Positions 10,974 through 20,432 are shown, numbered from the stretch's first letter. The stretch: DNA of 64,000 bases from Bifidobacterium breve (GCA_945878865.1 CAMCUD010000007.1:80227-144226); one strand, 5' to 3'. Program-made: numbers and translations. The notes: generated by a model from the sequence alone, not told the origin.

Positions 10974-11882
10974 CTACCTGCGCATCGCGCCGGTGATGGC
11001 GGCCGCCGCAAGGCGGCCGTCTTGCTGTGCCATCTCGTCGGTGATGCGGACGGTGATGATGCCGTGCGCGAACCGGATCCCGTCCTTGCCGCGGTCCCTG
11101 CGCGCCGCTGCGACGGTTCCGTGGAACGTCATGCCGTCGGGCTCGGCGACCACCTCGTACTCGGGCCAGTAGGCGTCGACGACGTCGCCCAGCACCGGGA
11201 CGTTCGTCTGCGGGGGCGGGATGCCATGGACGCGGCAGAGGTCGACGATGTACGCCTCGAAGTCGCTCTGGCGCCAATGCGGGTTGTCGCCGTGGTAGGC
11301 GAGGAGCTCGGTCAGCGTGCGCGTGTTCGGGGCGTTCGGGTGGGCGGCGATGACCTCGTGCACCTCGGCTCCGACCAGGTGGCGGGTCAGCGCGACCTCC
11401 ACCGCGCGGTCGACGAGATGGCGTGGATGGCTGCCGGCGTAGTCCAGCAGCGTGCGGGCGACGGTGGTGATCGCCAGGCCTTCGTGGGTGGTGATCTCCG
11501 CCGCGCGCAGCGCCGCTGACCGGTGGAGCACCACGCCACGGTGCCGTCCGCGCCCGTTCCCGGTGGGGACTGTGATGTGGATGCGGCCGCTCGACCACGG
11601 GCGGATCCCCCACCACGCGGCCGCGCTGCCGTGGCTGAGCACGGCGCGTTCACCGGCGGCAAGGACCGCGGCAACGTAGAAGGCTTCCCGCCGCAGCGCG
11701 GTGTGCCCGACGGCGTAGACGCCGCGGTGCAGGCGGTGCAGGCGGCCGGCCTTTACGCGGTCCGAAACCTGGTCGCGGGTGAAGCCCATCGCGAGCAGCT
11801 GTCGGATGTGGACGACTCCGTGCTGGCGCGCGGCGAGTGCCGCCAGCCGTCGTTCGAGTGCCGTGGCGCGTTTGTCGATCAT
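10974..11882 (-). CDS. AbiEi-like winged-helix N-domain fused to a DUF559 endonuclease-like domain
   Basis: 302 aa starting MIDKRATALERRL. The N-terminus RQHGVVHIRQLLAMGFTRDQVSDRVKAGRLHRLHRGVYAV is AbiEi_4-like. The C-terminus (FEAYIVDLC, VDAYWPEYEVVAEPDG) is DUF559-like. The track ORF 10974..12995 over-extends upstream into the antisense of the neighbouring gene. Confidence 0.75.
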   Translation of the reverse strand: MIDKRATALERRLAALAARQHGVVHIRQLLAMGFTRDQVSDRVKAGRLHRLHRGVYAVGHTALRREAFYVAAVLAAGERAVLSHGSAAAWWGIRPWSSGRIHITVPTGNGRGRHRGVVLHRSAALRAAEITTHEGLAITTVARTLLDYAGSHPRHLVDRAVEVALTRHLVGAEVHEVIAAHPNAPNTRTLTELLAYHGDNPHWRQSDFEAYIVDLCRVHGIPPPQTNVPVLGDVVDAYWPEYEVVAEPDGMTFHGTVAAARRDRGKDGIRFAHGIITVRITDEMAQQDGRLAAAAITGAMRR

Positions 11883-11941
11883 CACCCGACATAGGCGCCA
11901 CTGCACCGAAACTCGCCCCCACCCTCGCGACGTGCTCCCTC

Positions 11942-11988
11942 CGCCGTGGCGAGTTTGTCGGCCTGCGGCCGAGAAACTCGCCACGGCG
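11942..11988. promoter_or_regulatory. large imperfect palindrome / hairpin in a divergent promoter region
   Basis: 15-bp perfect arms at 11942-11956 and 11974-11988 (CGCCGTGGCGAGTTT / AAACTCGCCACGGCG), with an inner 6-bp TCGGCC/GGCCGA stem. A third AAACTCGCC copy lies at 11909-11917. A tandem 10-bp palindrome ACGGCGCCGT occurs at 11983-11992 and 11995-12004. Confidence 0.5.
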
Positions 11989-12071
11989 CCGTTGACGGCG
12001 CCGTGACGGGGCGATGACGGGCACCGCGGACGCTGCGGCGGCACTGTCATCCCTCCCGAAGGAGTCTCACC

Positions 12072-13124
12072 ATGGCCACCCAGCCCATCGACGAAGCGAA
12101 GGTCGAGGAGTTCATGGGGAAGTTCGTCGCCGACATGGGCGCGATCGCCAGCGCCCCGCTCGTCCGGATCGGCGACCGCCTCGGCCTCTACCGCGCCCTG
12201 GCCGACGGCGGCCCCGCCACCCCCGCCGAGCTCGCCCAGCGCACCGGCTGCAACGAGCGCTATCTGCGCGAGTGGCTGCTCAACCAGGGCGCCAGCGGCT
12301 ATGCCTCCTACGATCCGGCGACCGGCCGGTACTTCCTGACCCCCGAGCAGGAGTTCGTCCTCACTCAGCCCGAGAGCCCGGCGCACATCCTCGGCGCCTT
12401 CCAGATCGCCGGGTCGATCTACGCCGACGAGGCCAAGATCGAGCAGCGCTTCCGCTCCGGTGACGGGATGGACTGGGGCGACCACCAGCATGAGCTCTTC
12501 GAGGGGACCGACCGCTTCTTCGCCCCCGGGTACCGCGCCCACCTCGTCGCCGAGTGGCTGCCCGCGCTGGAGGGCGTCGTCGAGAAGCTCGAGGCGGGCA
12601 CGCGGGTCGCCGACGTCGGCTGCGGCTACGGGACGTCCACGATCCTCATGGCCGAGGCGTTCCCGAACAGCGAGTTCGTCGGCTTCGACAACCATGTGCC
12701 GTCGATCGAGGCCGCCCAGCGGCGCGCCGCCGCGCTGCCGAACGTGTCCTTCCAGACCGCCGACGCCGAGGGCCTGCCCGGCCGGTACGGGTTCGCCGCG
12801 TGCTTCGACTGCCTGCACGACATGGGCGACCCGGTCGGCGCCGCCCGCGCGATCCGCCACGCGCTGGAGGACGACGGCACCTGGATGATCGTCGAACCGT
12901 ACGCGCACGACCGGCCCGAGGAGAACATGAACCCGGTCGGGCGCATCTTCTCTGCGGCCTCGACGGCCGTATGCGTCCCGCACTCCCTCGCCCACGAGGG
13001 CGCGGCGCTCGGCGCGCAGGCCGGCGAGGAGCGGCTGGCCGAGGTCGCGCGCCAGGGCGGCTTCACGCGGGTCCGCCGTGCGACGGAGACCCCGTTCAAT
13101 CTCGTGCTGGAGGCGACGCCGTAG
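12072..13124 (+). CDS. class I SAM-dependent methyltransferase with N-terminal winged-helix domain (Rv2258c-like)
   Basis: 350 aa with an AAGGAG RBS upstream and SAM motif VADVGCGYG. The N-terminal GLYRALADGGPATPAELAQRTGCNERYLREWL is a winged helix. Confidence 0.85.
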   Translation: MATQPIDEAKVEEFMGKFVADMGAIASAPLVRIGDRLGLYRALADGGPATPAELAQRTGCNERYLREWLLNQGASGYASYDPATGRYFLTPEQEFVLTQPESPAHILGAFQIAGSIYADEAKIEQRFRSGDGMDWGDHQHELFEGTDRFFAPGYRAHLVAEWLPALEGVVEKLEAGTRVADVGCGYGTSTILMAEAFPNSEFVGFDNHVPSIEAAQRRAAALPNVSFQTADAEGLPGRYGFAACFDCLHDMGDPVGAARAIRHALEDDGTWMIVEPYAHDRPEENMNPVGRIFSAASTAVCVPHSLAHEGAALGAQAGEERLAEVARQGGFTRVRRATETPFNLVLEATP

Positions 13125-13506
13125 CGACGAGCTCGACGAGGCGGCGCAGCGACGCGCCCACGGAGGCGCGCTGGTCCTCGAGCCGGCGCGCCTCAGCCTC
13201 GGGGATCTCGACGTGGACGTCGACCTGCGTGCCGCCGCCGGGCAGCTCGCTCAGCCGCCAGTCGAAGATGAGGTCGGAGACCATGCACGAGATCGTCACC
13301 CGGCCGTCCTCGCGGGAGGAGCGGATCTGCTGCGGCATCGGGAAGTCCGGGTAGCCCTCCGGCCACATCGTGTACGCGCCCGGCCCGTCGGGCTGCACCC
13401 GCTCGACGCCGGCGAACCACTCCGGGAACCGCGCCGGGTCGTACAGCGCCTTCCACACCTCTTCGGGCGGGGCGCTGCTCACGGCGGTGTCATCGAACGA
13501 CGGCAT
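13096..13506 (-). CDS. SRPBCC (START/Bet v1-like) family protein
   Basis: 136 aa from ATG 13506. SAPPEEVWKALYDPARFPEWF is a typical SRPBCC N-terminus. It overlaps both neighbours (29 nt at the 3' end, 17 nt at the 5' end). Confidence 0.7.
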   Translation of the reverse strand: MPSFDDTAVSSAPPEEVWKALYDPARFPEWFAGVERVQPDGPGAYTMWPEGYPDFPMPQQIRSSREDGRVTISCMVSDLIFDWRLSELPGGGTQVDVHVEIPEAEARRLEDQRASVGASLRRLVELVATASPPARD

Positions 13507-16500
13507 CCAGGGCCTCCAGGTCGTGTTCGGCGCGGGCGAGCTCCTCGGCGGGCATGACCATGCCGCCCAGCGGGAGCCGGCCGACGTCCATGAGCAGCGC
13601 GGCGTAGCGCTCACCCTCGCGGCCGCCCGTGACGCGCCGCCAGCCGTCGACCGCCTCGCGCAGCCGGCGGGCCGCAAGCTCCCGGTCGCCACGGTGCGCG
13701 GCGATCAGGCCCTGCAGGCGCGCCATCCGGGGAACCAGCGTGTCGGGCTGATCGGCCGGCCCGACCGGCTCCAGCGCCGTGGCGCGCAGCTCAGCCTCCG
13801 CCTCGTCGCAGCGCTCGAGCCGGGCGAGCGCCTCGGCGCGGGCAAGGCGGGCCGACGGCCGGCTGCACTTCGCGCCACCGCGCAGCGCGCGATCGAGCAG
13901 CTCGGCGGCGGCCTCGTCCTCCCCCGCGGCGAGCGCGACGATCCCGTGATCGAAGGCGGCGGTCGCCTCGAGCACGGGATCGTCGAGGGCACGCACGATC
14001 TCCTCCTCGCGGGCGATCTCCGAGCGAGCCTCGTCGTGGCGCCCCATGCGGGCCAGGAGGATCGCGCGGGTCGCGAGAACCTCGACATGGGTCGGCGGCG
14101 AGCCGTCGCGCGCCGCGCGCTCGATGCGGTCGGCGAACCCCAGCGCGCGCTCGAGGTCGCCGGCGCACGCGGCAGCGCACGCGGCGTTCCCCAGCGCGCC
14201 GAACGCCATGTCGAGCCGCCCGACGCGCAGCGCCGCCTCGGCCGCCTCCTCGGCCGGCGCGTAGCTCTCGGTGAACCGGCCGCGGCGGATCATCACCGTC
14301 GACTGCGCGTGGCCGATCTCGTGCACGACGTCGTCGCCGTCGACCGCCGGGCCGGCGACGCGACGGATCTCCTCGATGAGCGTGTCGACCCGGTCGACGT
14401 CGCCGATGAGTGCCTCGGCCCACGCGGTGCCCGCGAGCGCCTGGATGTGGACGGGCACGGGGATGTCGTCACGTGCGATGTCGATCTCGCCGAGCGCTTG
14501 GCGGAACGCCGGAAGGGCCTGGTGGGGAACGCAGAGCGAGCTGCGGTACCAGTTGCCACGTGCGACCCAGGCCGCGGCTCGCGCGGCGACATCGCCAGGC
14601 GGGATGTCGCCCAGCGCGCGGTCGAACTGTTCCATGGCCGCGTGCTCGCGCCCGAGCCAGGCGAGCGCCGCCGCGTACTCCAGCCGCACCTGGGCGCGCC
14701 GCGGGGCGAGCTCCGCGGCCTCGGCGAGGAACGCGAGCGCCTCGGGCATGGCACCGAGGGCACGGGCCTGCGCGGCCGCGCGGCGCAGCTCGTCGACGGC
14801 CTCGGCGTCACGCCCGGCCGCGCGCAGGTGGTGCGCGATCTCCGCGGAGCGCTCGGGGCGCCACGCGTCGACGCGGGCGAGCGCCGCGGCCAGGTCCTCA
14901 TGCAGCGCGGCCCGCCGGTCCTCGGGCAGGTCCTGCGCGACGGCGTCACGCAGCAGCGCGTGGCGGTAACCCACCCGACCCTCCGCGCCGCGAAGCAGCC
15001 CGGCCTCCACGCCAGCGTGCAGCGCGGCGTCGCGGTCGGGCAGTCCGAGCGCGTCGAGCTCGGCCACCCCGAGGTCCCGCCCGGCGATGGCCAGCAGATC
15101 CGCGAGCCGGCGGGCGTGCGGGTCGAGCCGGGCGGCGTCCGCGCGGACGGCGCCGCGGAGCGTCGCAGGCGCCTCGGCCTCCCCGCGGGCGAGCGCGCGG
15201 GCGCTCGCCGTGGCCAGCAGCGCGTTCCCCTCGGCCGCGTCGACGACCCGCTCGACGTCCCCGGCATCGCCGAGCCCCGCACTGCGGGCGATCTCTGCCA
15301 CGGCATCGGCGTGCAGCGGGCCAAGGGTGATGGCGTCCGCGGCGGCGGCCCGCGTCGCGAGCGCGTGGACGACCGCGTCAAGCTCCGGGCGGCGAGGGAG
15401 CTCGCGGCGGGTCACGACGGCGAGCACACGCAGCCGCGGGATCCTGCGCGCCACTCGGGCGAGGGCCTCGAGGCTCGGGGCGTCGGCGAGGTGCAGGTCG
15501 TCGAGCAGGAGGACGACGGGCCGGTCGGCGCACGCCCAGGCGACGGTCGCGGCGATGGCGTCCAGCAGACGGGTGCGCGCGAGCTCCGGATCGCGTGGCG
15601 CGTGGTGCTGGAGTTCGGCCCCGGCGGCCAGACAGGAAGCCACCGCGGGGGACAGCGTCGCGAGGTCCGTCACCCAGACGGGTGGGCCGGGCGCCGGCGC
15701 GACGTCGCGGCACAGATCGTGCAGGAGCTCCGCCCACAGGGCGAGCGGCGCGTCACCGACCTCAGGCGGCGCCGCGACCGCCGTCCTTGCCCCGGCCGCC
15801 TCGGCCTCGGCCAGGACCTCACACGCCAGCCGGGTCTTGCCGATGCCCGGCTCGCCCTCGAGCAGGACGAGACGCCCCTGACCGGCCCGCGCGTGGCCCC
15901 ACGCCGCCCGAAGGTGCGCGAGCTCGAGATCGCGCCCGGAAAGCGCGGATGGTGCAGCGGGCGCGGGCGTGGACGGCACGGTTCCCTGGGCGGCGCCCGC
16001 GCGGAGCTCCTCGGCCAGCTCGCGGGTCGCAGCCGACGGGGCGACGGCGAGCTCGCGGCGCAGGCGATCAGCGAAGCGGCGGTGCGCCTCGAGCGCCGCC
16101 GTGGGGTCCCCCGCCGCCGCGAGCGCGCGCAGGAGGCGCCGGTGCGCGTCCTCCGCGAGCGGGTCGTGGGCCGCCAGGCGCCGCGCCCAGCGCACGGTGA
16201 GCGCAGGGTCGGCTGCGGCGTCCGCGAGTGCCGCGAACGCCGCACCGACCCGATCGCGGTGCTCATCCCGGGCGGCGACAACCCAGTCGTCGTCCAGGCC
16301 GGGAAGCAGCTCGCCCCGCTCCGCGAGCTCGACCGCCTGCGCCGGTCGACCGCCCCGCACCAGCTCCGCCACCGCATTGGCGTCGACCCAGAGCGCGTCG
16401 GCCCGCAGGCCGATCCGGTCGCGCTCTCCCTCCAGCAGCGGCGCCGCCGGCCCGAGCGCGCCGCGCAGCGCCCACGCCGCGCTGCGCAAGCTCGCTCGAG

Positions 16501-16675
16501 CGCTGGAATCCAGGACGTCCGGCCACAGCCTGGCGGCGAGCCCGGCCCGCGGATGCAGACCGGGATGAAGCGCCAACCACCCCAGCAGCGTGCGCGCAGG
16601 ACGTCCCGTGGGCGCGGCCAACACGACGCCGTCGTGCTCGAGCGACAGCTCACCGAGCAGGTGGATTCGCAGCAC
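13490..16675 (-). CDS. AfsR/SARP-family regulator: OmpR-type wHTH + BTAD + P-loop ATPase + TPR
   Basis: 1061 aa. N-terminal LRIHLLGELSLEHDG..RLWPD is the wHTH. The BTAD region includes LAEDAHRRLLRALAAAGD. Walker A is LLEGEPGIGKTRLA and Walker B is VVLLLDDLHLAD. A long helical-repeat C-terminus follows. Confidence 0.88.
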   Translation of the reverse strand: MLRIHLLGELSLEHDGVVLAAPTGRPARTLLGWLALHPGLHPRAGLAARLWPDVLDSSARASLRSAAWALRGALGPAAPLLEGERDRIGLRADALWVDANAVAELVRGGRPAQAVELAERGELLPGLDDDWVVAARDEHRDRVGAAFAALADAAADPALTVRWARRLAAHDPLAEDAHRRLLRALAAAGDPTAALEAHRRFADRLRRELAVAPSAATRELAEELRAGAAQGTVPSTPAPAAPSALSGRDLELAHLRAAWGHARAGQGRLVLLEGEPGIGKTRLACEVLAEAEAAGARTAVAAPPEVGDAPLALWAELLHDLCRDVAPAPGPPVWVTDLATLSPAVASCLAAGAELQHHAPRDPELARTRLLDAIAATVAWACADRPVVLLLDDLHLADAPSLEALARVARRIPRLRVLAVVTRRELPRRPELDAVVHALATRAAAADAITLGPLHADAVAEIARSAGLGDAGDVERVVDAAEGNALLATASARALARGEAEAPATLRGAVRADAARLDPHARRLADLLAIAGRDLGVAELDALGLPDRDAALHAGVEAGLLRGAEGRVGYRHALLRDAVAQDLPEDRRAALHEDLAAALARVDAWRPERSAEIAHHLRAAGRDAEAVDELRRAAAQARALGAMPEALAFLAEAAELAPRRAQVRLEYAAALAWLGREHAAMEQFDRALGDIPPGDVAARAAAWVARGNWYRSSLCVPHQALPAFRQALGEIDIARDDIPVPVHIQALAGTAWAEALIGDVDRVDTLIEEIRRVAGPAVDGDDVVHEIGHAQSTVMIRRGRFTESYAPAEEAAEAALRVGRLDMAFGALGNAACAAACAGDLERALGFADRIERAARDGSPPTHVEVLATRAILLARMGRHDEARSEIAREEEIVRALDDPVLEATAAFDHGIVALAAGEDEAAAELLDRALRGGAKCSRPSARLARAEALARLERCDEAEAELRATALEPVGPADQPDTLVPRMARLQGLIAAHRGDRELAARRLREAVDGWRRVTGGREGERYAALLMDVGRLPLGGMVMPAEELARAEHDLEALDAVVR

Positions 16676-16796
16676 GGCTCCGGAGCGTACTCCTGACGCG
16701 CCATCATGTGGGACAACGTGTCAACGCCACGTTGACGGCGTGATGACGCTCCGCCGGGAAGGTGGTCGCACCGTCCTTCCACCGCAAGGAGTCGAC

Positions 16797-17153
16797 ATGC
16801 CCGCCACCACCATCGACCTCGACCAGCTCGCTCACGCGATCGAAGCGCGTGACGCCGACGCGCAGCTGGCCGCCTACGCCCCCGACGCCGTCTTCGAGAG
16901 CGTCGACCAAGAGCATCCGCCGAGCCGCCCGACGATCATCCGCGGCCGCGACGCGATCGGCGAGCTGCTGCGCGACGTCGCCTCACGCGACATGGAGCAC
17001 CACGTCAGCGACGCGATCGCGTCGGGCGACCGCGGCGCCCTGCGCGTCGACTGCCGCTACCCCGACGGCACGCGGGTGGCGTGCGTGGCGACGCTCGAGC
17101 TGCGCGACGGCCTCATCGTCCGCCAGCGCCAGGTCCAGACCTGGGACAGCTGA
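16797..17153 (+). CDS. NTF2-like / SnoaL-like small protein
   Basis: 118 aa from ATG 16797 with an AAGGAG RBS. Size and pattern (DADAQLAAYAPDAVFES..., C-terminal LELRDGLIVRQRQ) fit the SnoaL/NTF2 fold. Confidence 0.7.
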   Translation: MPATTIDLDQLAHAIEARDADAQLAAYAPDAVFESVDQEHPPSRPTIIRGRDAIGELLRDVASRDMEHHVSDAIASGDRGALRVDCRYPDGTRVACVATLELRDGLIVRQRQVQTWDS

Positions 17154-17158
17154 CGGCG

Positions 17159-18142
17159 CTACGCCGCGATCGTGTCGATCGCGCGCAGCGCGACCGTGTC
17201 CTCGGCCAGCTCGCTGCCCCCGCGGGTGGCGAGCTCGAGGTCGGCCAGCGCCTCGATGGCGCGGCGCAGCGCGCGCGGATCGGCCTTGCGCGCCTCGGCG
17301 ATGCGCTTGTCGGCCGCCCACGGGCTGCCGCGGAACGTCTTCTTGATGTCCTGCGGCGCCTCGCCGGCCTCCAACCGCAGGGAGATGCCCAGCAGCTCGC
17401 GGACGCGCCGGGCCATGAGCGGCACGAGCCGCGGCATCGACTCTCCCTGCGCGCGCAGCTCGAGGAACGCCGCCGTCGCCGTTGGCGCGTCACGGGCGAC
17501 AAGCGCGTCGATGAGCCCCCAGACCTGGCGCTCGGAGGCCTGGGCGACCGCGTCCTGCACGTCGTCGGCCGACAGGCGCGTGCCCTGACCGTGCTCGATC
17601 GCGAGCTTCTCCAGCTCGCGCAGGATGCGCTGCTGACGCTCACCCACGAGCCGGACGAGGACCTGCGCGGCTTCGTGGTCGAGTTCGATCCCCAGGCGCT
17701 GCGCTTCGGCGGCCGCCCAGCGCGGGAGCTCGCGCGCCTTCATCGCGTTGTGCGCGCGAACGTCGCCACCGGCCGCCTCGACAGCCTTGGCGAGCCCGGC
17801 CGGAACCTTGTACCGGCCCTCCTCGCGGGCGAAGAACGCGATGGTCGTGTCCGGCGGCATCGTGGCGAGCGCCGGGATGATGGCGCCGGCGACCTCGCTG
17901 TCCTTCCAGCGCTCCACCCCGTCGACGATGATCACGCGCCGCCCCATCGCGAACGTCATGGCGTTCAGCGCGGCGGCCGCGGCGTCGGGCGTCGCGGCCT
18001 CGCCCTCGAGGATCTCCAGCGCGCTGGCGTCGCCGCCGCGCTCGGCGAGGGTTCGCAGGCCGGCACGCCGCTCGGCGATCCGCCCGTGGTCGTCACCGTG
18101 GAAGAGGTAAGCGGGCTTGAGGTCGGCCATCGCGCGGCCCAT
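17159..18142 (-). CDS. holA: DNA polymerase III subunit delta
   Basis: 327 aa with N-terminal KPAYLFHGDD. It sits in the conserved position directly downstream of comEC. Confidence 0.82.
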   Translation of the reverse strand: MGRAMADLKPAYLFHGDDHGRIAERRAGLRTLAERGGDASALEILEGEAATPDAAAAALNAMTFAMGRRVIIVDGVERWKDSEVAGAIIPALATMPPDTTIAFFAREEGRYKVPAGLAKAVEAAGGDVRAHNAMKARELPRWAAAEAQRLGIELDHEAAQVLVRLVGERQQRILRELEKLAIEHGQGTRLSADDVQDAVAQASERQVWGLIDALVARDAPTATAAFLELRAQGESMPRLVPLMARRVRELLGISLRLEAGEAPQDIKKTFRGSPWAADKRIAEARKADPRALRRAIEALADLELATRGGSELAEDTVALRAIDTIAA

Positions 18143-18143
18143 G

Positions 18144-20432
18144 CTACGGCGCGGCCCCGACCGTCAGCCCGCCGCCGGCTGCCGGGCGGACGCGCACGAC
18201 CCCGTCGCGATCCGTTCGGCGCACCACCGGAACCGCCGCGCGCAGCGCACGCACCGTCTCCGGGCGCGGGTGGCCGTACGTGTTCGGGCCGACGGGGATG
18301 ACCGCCGCGGACGGGCGGAGCTGGCGCAGCAGGTCGGGCAGGCCGGGATCGGCGCTGCCGTGGTGAGCGACTTTGAGCAGGTCGACCCGACCGATGCCCA
18401 GCGTGCTGGTGACCTCGGACTCCGCGTCCGCGGGCAGCAAGACCCGCAGCCCGCCAATCCGGACGTCGAGCACGGTCGCCGTGAGGTTCGGCTCGGTTCC
18501 GTGCACCGGCGGATCGTCCCGGTCGGGCCACAGCACCCGCAGCGTGATCGGCCCCGCCCGGATGACCTGGCCGCGGTCGGTCGGCACGATCGGGATCCGC
18601 CGCCGCCTGGCCTCCCGCTCGGCGTCGAGAATCCCCCGCGTCTTGTCGCCCGGCCAACCGCCGTCGAGCAGCATGCCGACCGGTAGTGCGCGGAGCACCG
18701 CCGCCGCGTTGCCTTCGTGGTCGGCGGAGGCGTGGGTCATGACGAGTGCGTCGAGTCGGCGCGCCCCCGCGTCGCGCAGCAGCTTGAGCACCGGGCTGTC
18801 CGGGCGGCCGGTGTCGACGAGGATCGCGTGGCGGCCGTGCTGGAGCAGGGTCGCGTCGCCCTGGCCGATCGGCAGGAACGAGACCACCGCGCCGTCGGGC
18901 GGCCCGGGCGGGCGGGCATGCAGGACGAGCGCCACGAGCGCGAGGGCCGCTAGGGCGCAGGCGGTGATCCGGCGGGCGGGCGTCCGCACCGCGCGCGCCG
19001 CCCCCTCCCGCCCACGCGCAGTGGCGGCGACCAGCAGCACCGCGACGGACGCGCCGACCAGCGCCAGCCGCGCGGCCGGGCCGGGCTGCACCGCCGCCAC
19101 GGGCAGCGTGGCGCCCCATGACGCGAGCCAGTCGAGGTAGCCGAGCAACGGCCCGGTCAGCAGGGCGAAGGGGCGTGCGGCGACCGGCGTGATCTGCCCG
19201 ACCAGCGAGCCGAGGGTCCCGAGCCACATGATGGGGGCGACCACGGGTGCGGCGAGGACGTTGATCACCGGAGAGACGACCGACACCTGCTCGAAGTGCA
19301 GAGCCAGCAGCGGAGCGGTACCGATGGTGGCGGCGAGCGTCACCGCGAGAGCGTCGGCCAGCCCGTGCGGGAGCCGAGCTGCCAGCGCCGACCGCAGGGG
19401 CGGCGCGACGAGCAGCAGCGCGAGAACCGCGGCGAAGCTCAGCTGCCACCCCGGGTCGGCGGCCGCCAGCGGGTTCCACGCGAGTGTCACCACCGCCGCG
19501 AGCAGGAGGGCGTACCACCGCGTCGCCGGCCGGCCCGCGAGCGCAGCGACGAGCGCGGCCCCGCCCATGACGCCCGCGCGCTGGATCGACGGCCCGGCGC
19601 CCGCGAGCGGAACGTACGCCGCGACCGCAGCGAGCGCGAGCACGAGCCGCGGTGTCCGGGACAGTCCCAGCACGGCGCCGGCGCCGAGGACGAGCGCCGC
19701 CAGCAGCGCGATGTTGGCCCCGCTGGCCGCGACGAGATGCGAGAGGCCCGTGGCCCGCATCTGCTCCTGCACGTCGTCGGTGATCGCGTGGTCCTGCCCG
19801 AGCACCATCCCGCGCGCGAGCGCCGCCTGGGGCCCCGGGAGCCCCTCGCCCAGCGCCCGCTCGGCACGCGCGCGGACCGCGTCGAGCGCCCCGGCCGCCC
19901 CGCCGCGCCGCAGGCGCGTGGCCCGGAGCTCCCGCACGCGGAGCACGGCGTGCGCGTGGCGGCGCGCCTCCGCGCCGTCAAATCGACCAAGCGGCCGCAG
20001 CTCCCCGCGCACCGCGACAACCGCGCCCACGGGCGCGCGCGGCCAGCGGGGACCCCCGCGCCACTCCGCCGGCGGCAGCCGCAGCACGACGCGCTCGCCG
20101 TCAGCCGGCCCGCCGACAACCCGCCCTGGCGCGACCGAGAACCCGTACGCGCGCCGATCGGGGGCGCCCACGAGGACCACGTGCAGCGACGCCTGCCGGG
20201 GAAGCGCTCCCAGCTCCGTCCGACTGAGCGCCCGCAGCCGCGCGTCGCCAGCGATCCCACCGGCGAGCACGGCCACCGCCACGCCGGCCGCCACCGTCCG
20301 GGGAGCGTTCGGCCCGAGCGCCAACGCTGCCGCCCCGGCCGCGCAGAGCAGGAACGCGGGCGCGACGCCCGCGACGGCCAGCCCGATCGCGACGCCGGCC
20401 AGCACCGCGTGTCGCGGATGCGCCGCGATCAC
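18144..20432 (-). CDS. comEC: DNA internalization competence protein ComEC/Rec2 with C-terminal metallo-beta-lactamase domain
   Basis: 762-aa polytopic ORF with a competence domain (GLSHLVAASGANI) and an MBL motif (MTHASADHEGN). It has a GTGA overlap with comEA. Confidence 0.9.
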   Translation of the reverse strand: MIAAHPRHAVLAGVAIGLAVAGVAPAFLLCAAGAAALALGPNAPRTVAAGVAVAVLAGGIAGDARLRALSRTELGALPRQASLHVVLVGAPDRRAYGFSVAPGRVVGGPADGERVVLRLPPAEWRGGPRWPRAPVGAVVAVRGELRPLGRFDGAEARRHAHAVLRVRELRATRLRRGGAAGALDAVRARAERALGEGLPGPQAALARGMVLGQDHAITDDVQEQMRATGLSHLVAASGANIALLAALVLGAGAVLGLSRTPRLVLALAAVAAYVPLAGAGPSIQRAGVMGGAALVAALAGRPATRWYALLLAAVVTLAWNPLAAADPGWQLSFAAVLALLLVAPPLRSALAARLPHGLADALAVTLAATIGTAPLLALHFEQVSVVSPVINVLAAPVVAPIMWLGTLGSLVGQITPVAARPFALLTGPLLGYLDWLASWGATLPVAAVQPGPAARLALVGASVAVLLVAATARGREGAARAVRTPARRITACALAALALVALVLHARPPGPPDGAVVSFLPIGQGDATLLQHGRHAILVDTGRPDSPVLKLLRDAGARRLDALVMTHASADHEGNAAAVLRALPVGMLLDGGWPGDKTRGILDAEREARRRRIPIVPTDRGQVIRAGPITLRVLWPDRDDPPVHGTEPNLTATVLDVRIGGLRVLLPADAESEVTSTLGIGRVDLLKVAHHGSADPGLPDLLRQLRPSAAVIPVGPNTYGHPRPETVRALRAAVPVVRRTDRDGVVRVRPAAGGGLTVGAAP

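Noticed and set aside
10974-12995. 673-aa ORF called as a single gene.
   Set aside because: Only the C-terminal 302 aa (from ATG 11882) form a coherent AbiEi-like/DUF559 protein. The upstream part crosses the intergenic region and is antisense to the well-supported methyltransferase gene at 12072..13124. The same kind of over-extension applies to 40882..42258, 59509..60795, 13096..13692, 21101..23671 and 38054..39238.
13490-16675. The large P-loop + TPR protein as a STAND/Avs-type antiphage sensor.
   Set aside because: The N-terminus is a clear OmpR-type DNA-binding domain followed by a BTAD, and there is no nuclease, protease, Sir2 or TIR effector. This is the AfsR/SARP regulator architecture, not a defence NTPase.
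13370-16696. Very long ORFs antisense to real genes. Examples: 13370..16696 (+, 1108 aa), 20441..23857 (+, 1138 aa), 28781..31162 (-, 793 aa), 31164..32885 (-), 44539..47022 (+), 47742..50186 (+), 57411..59669 (+) and 23701..25395 (-).
   Set aside because: Each lies opposite a gene with unambiguous family motifs. Their translations are Arg/Gly/Asp/Val-rich low-information sequences. Stop-free antisense frames are expected in DNA this GC-rich. No independent evidence supports overlapping genes.
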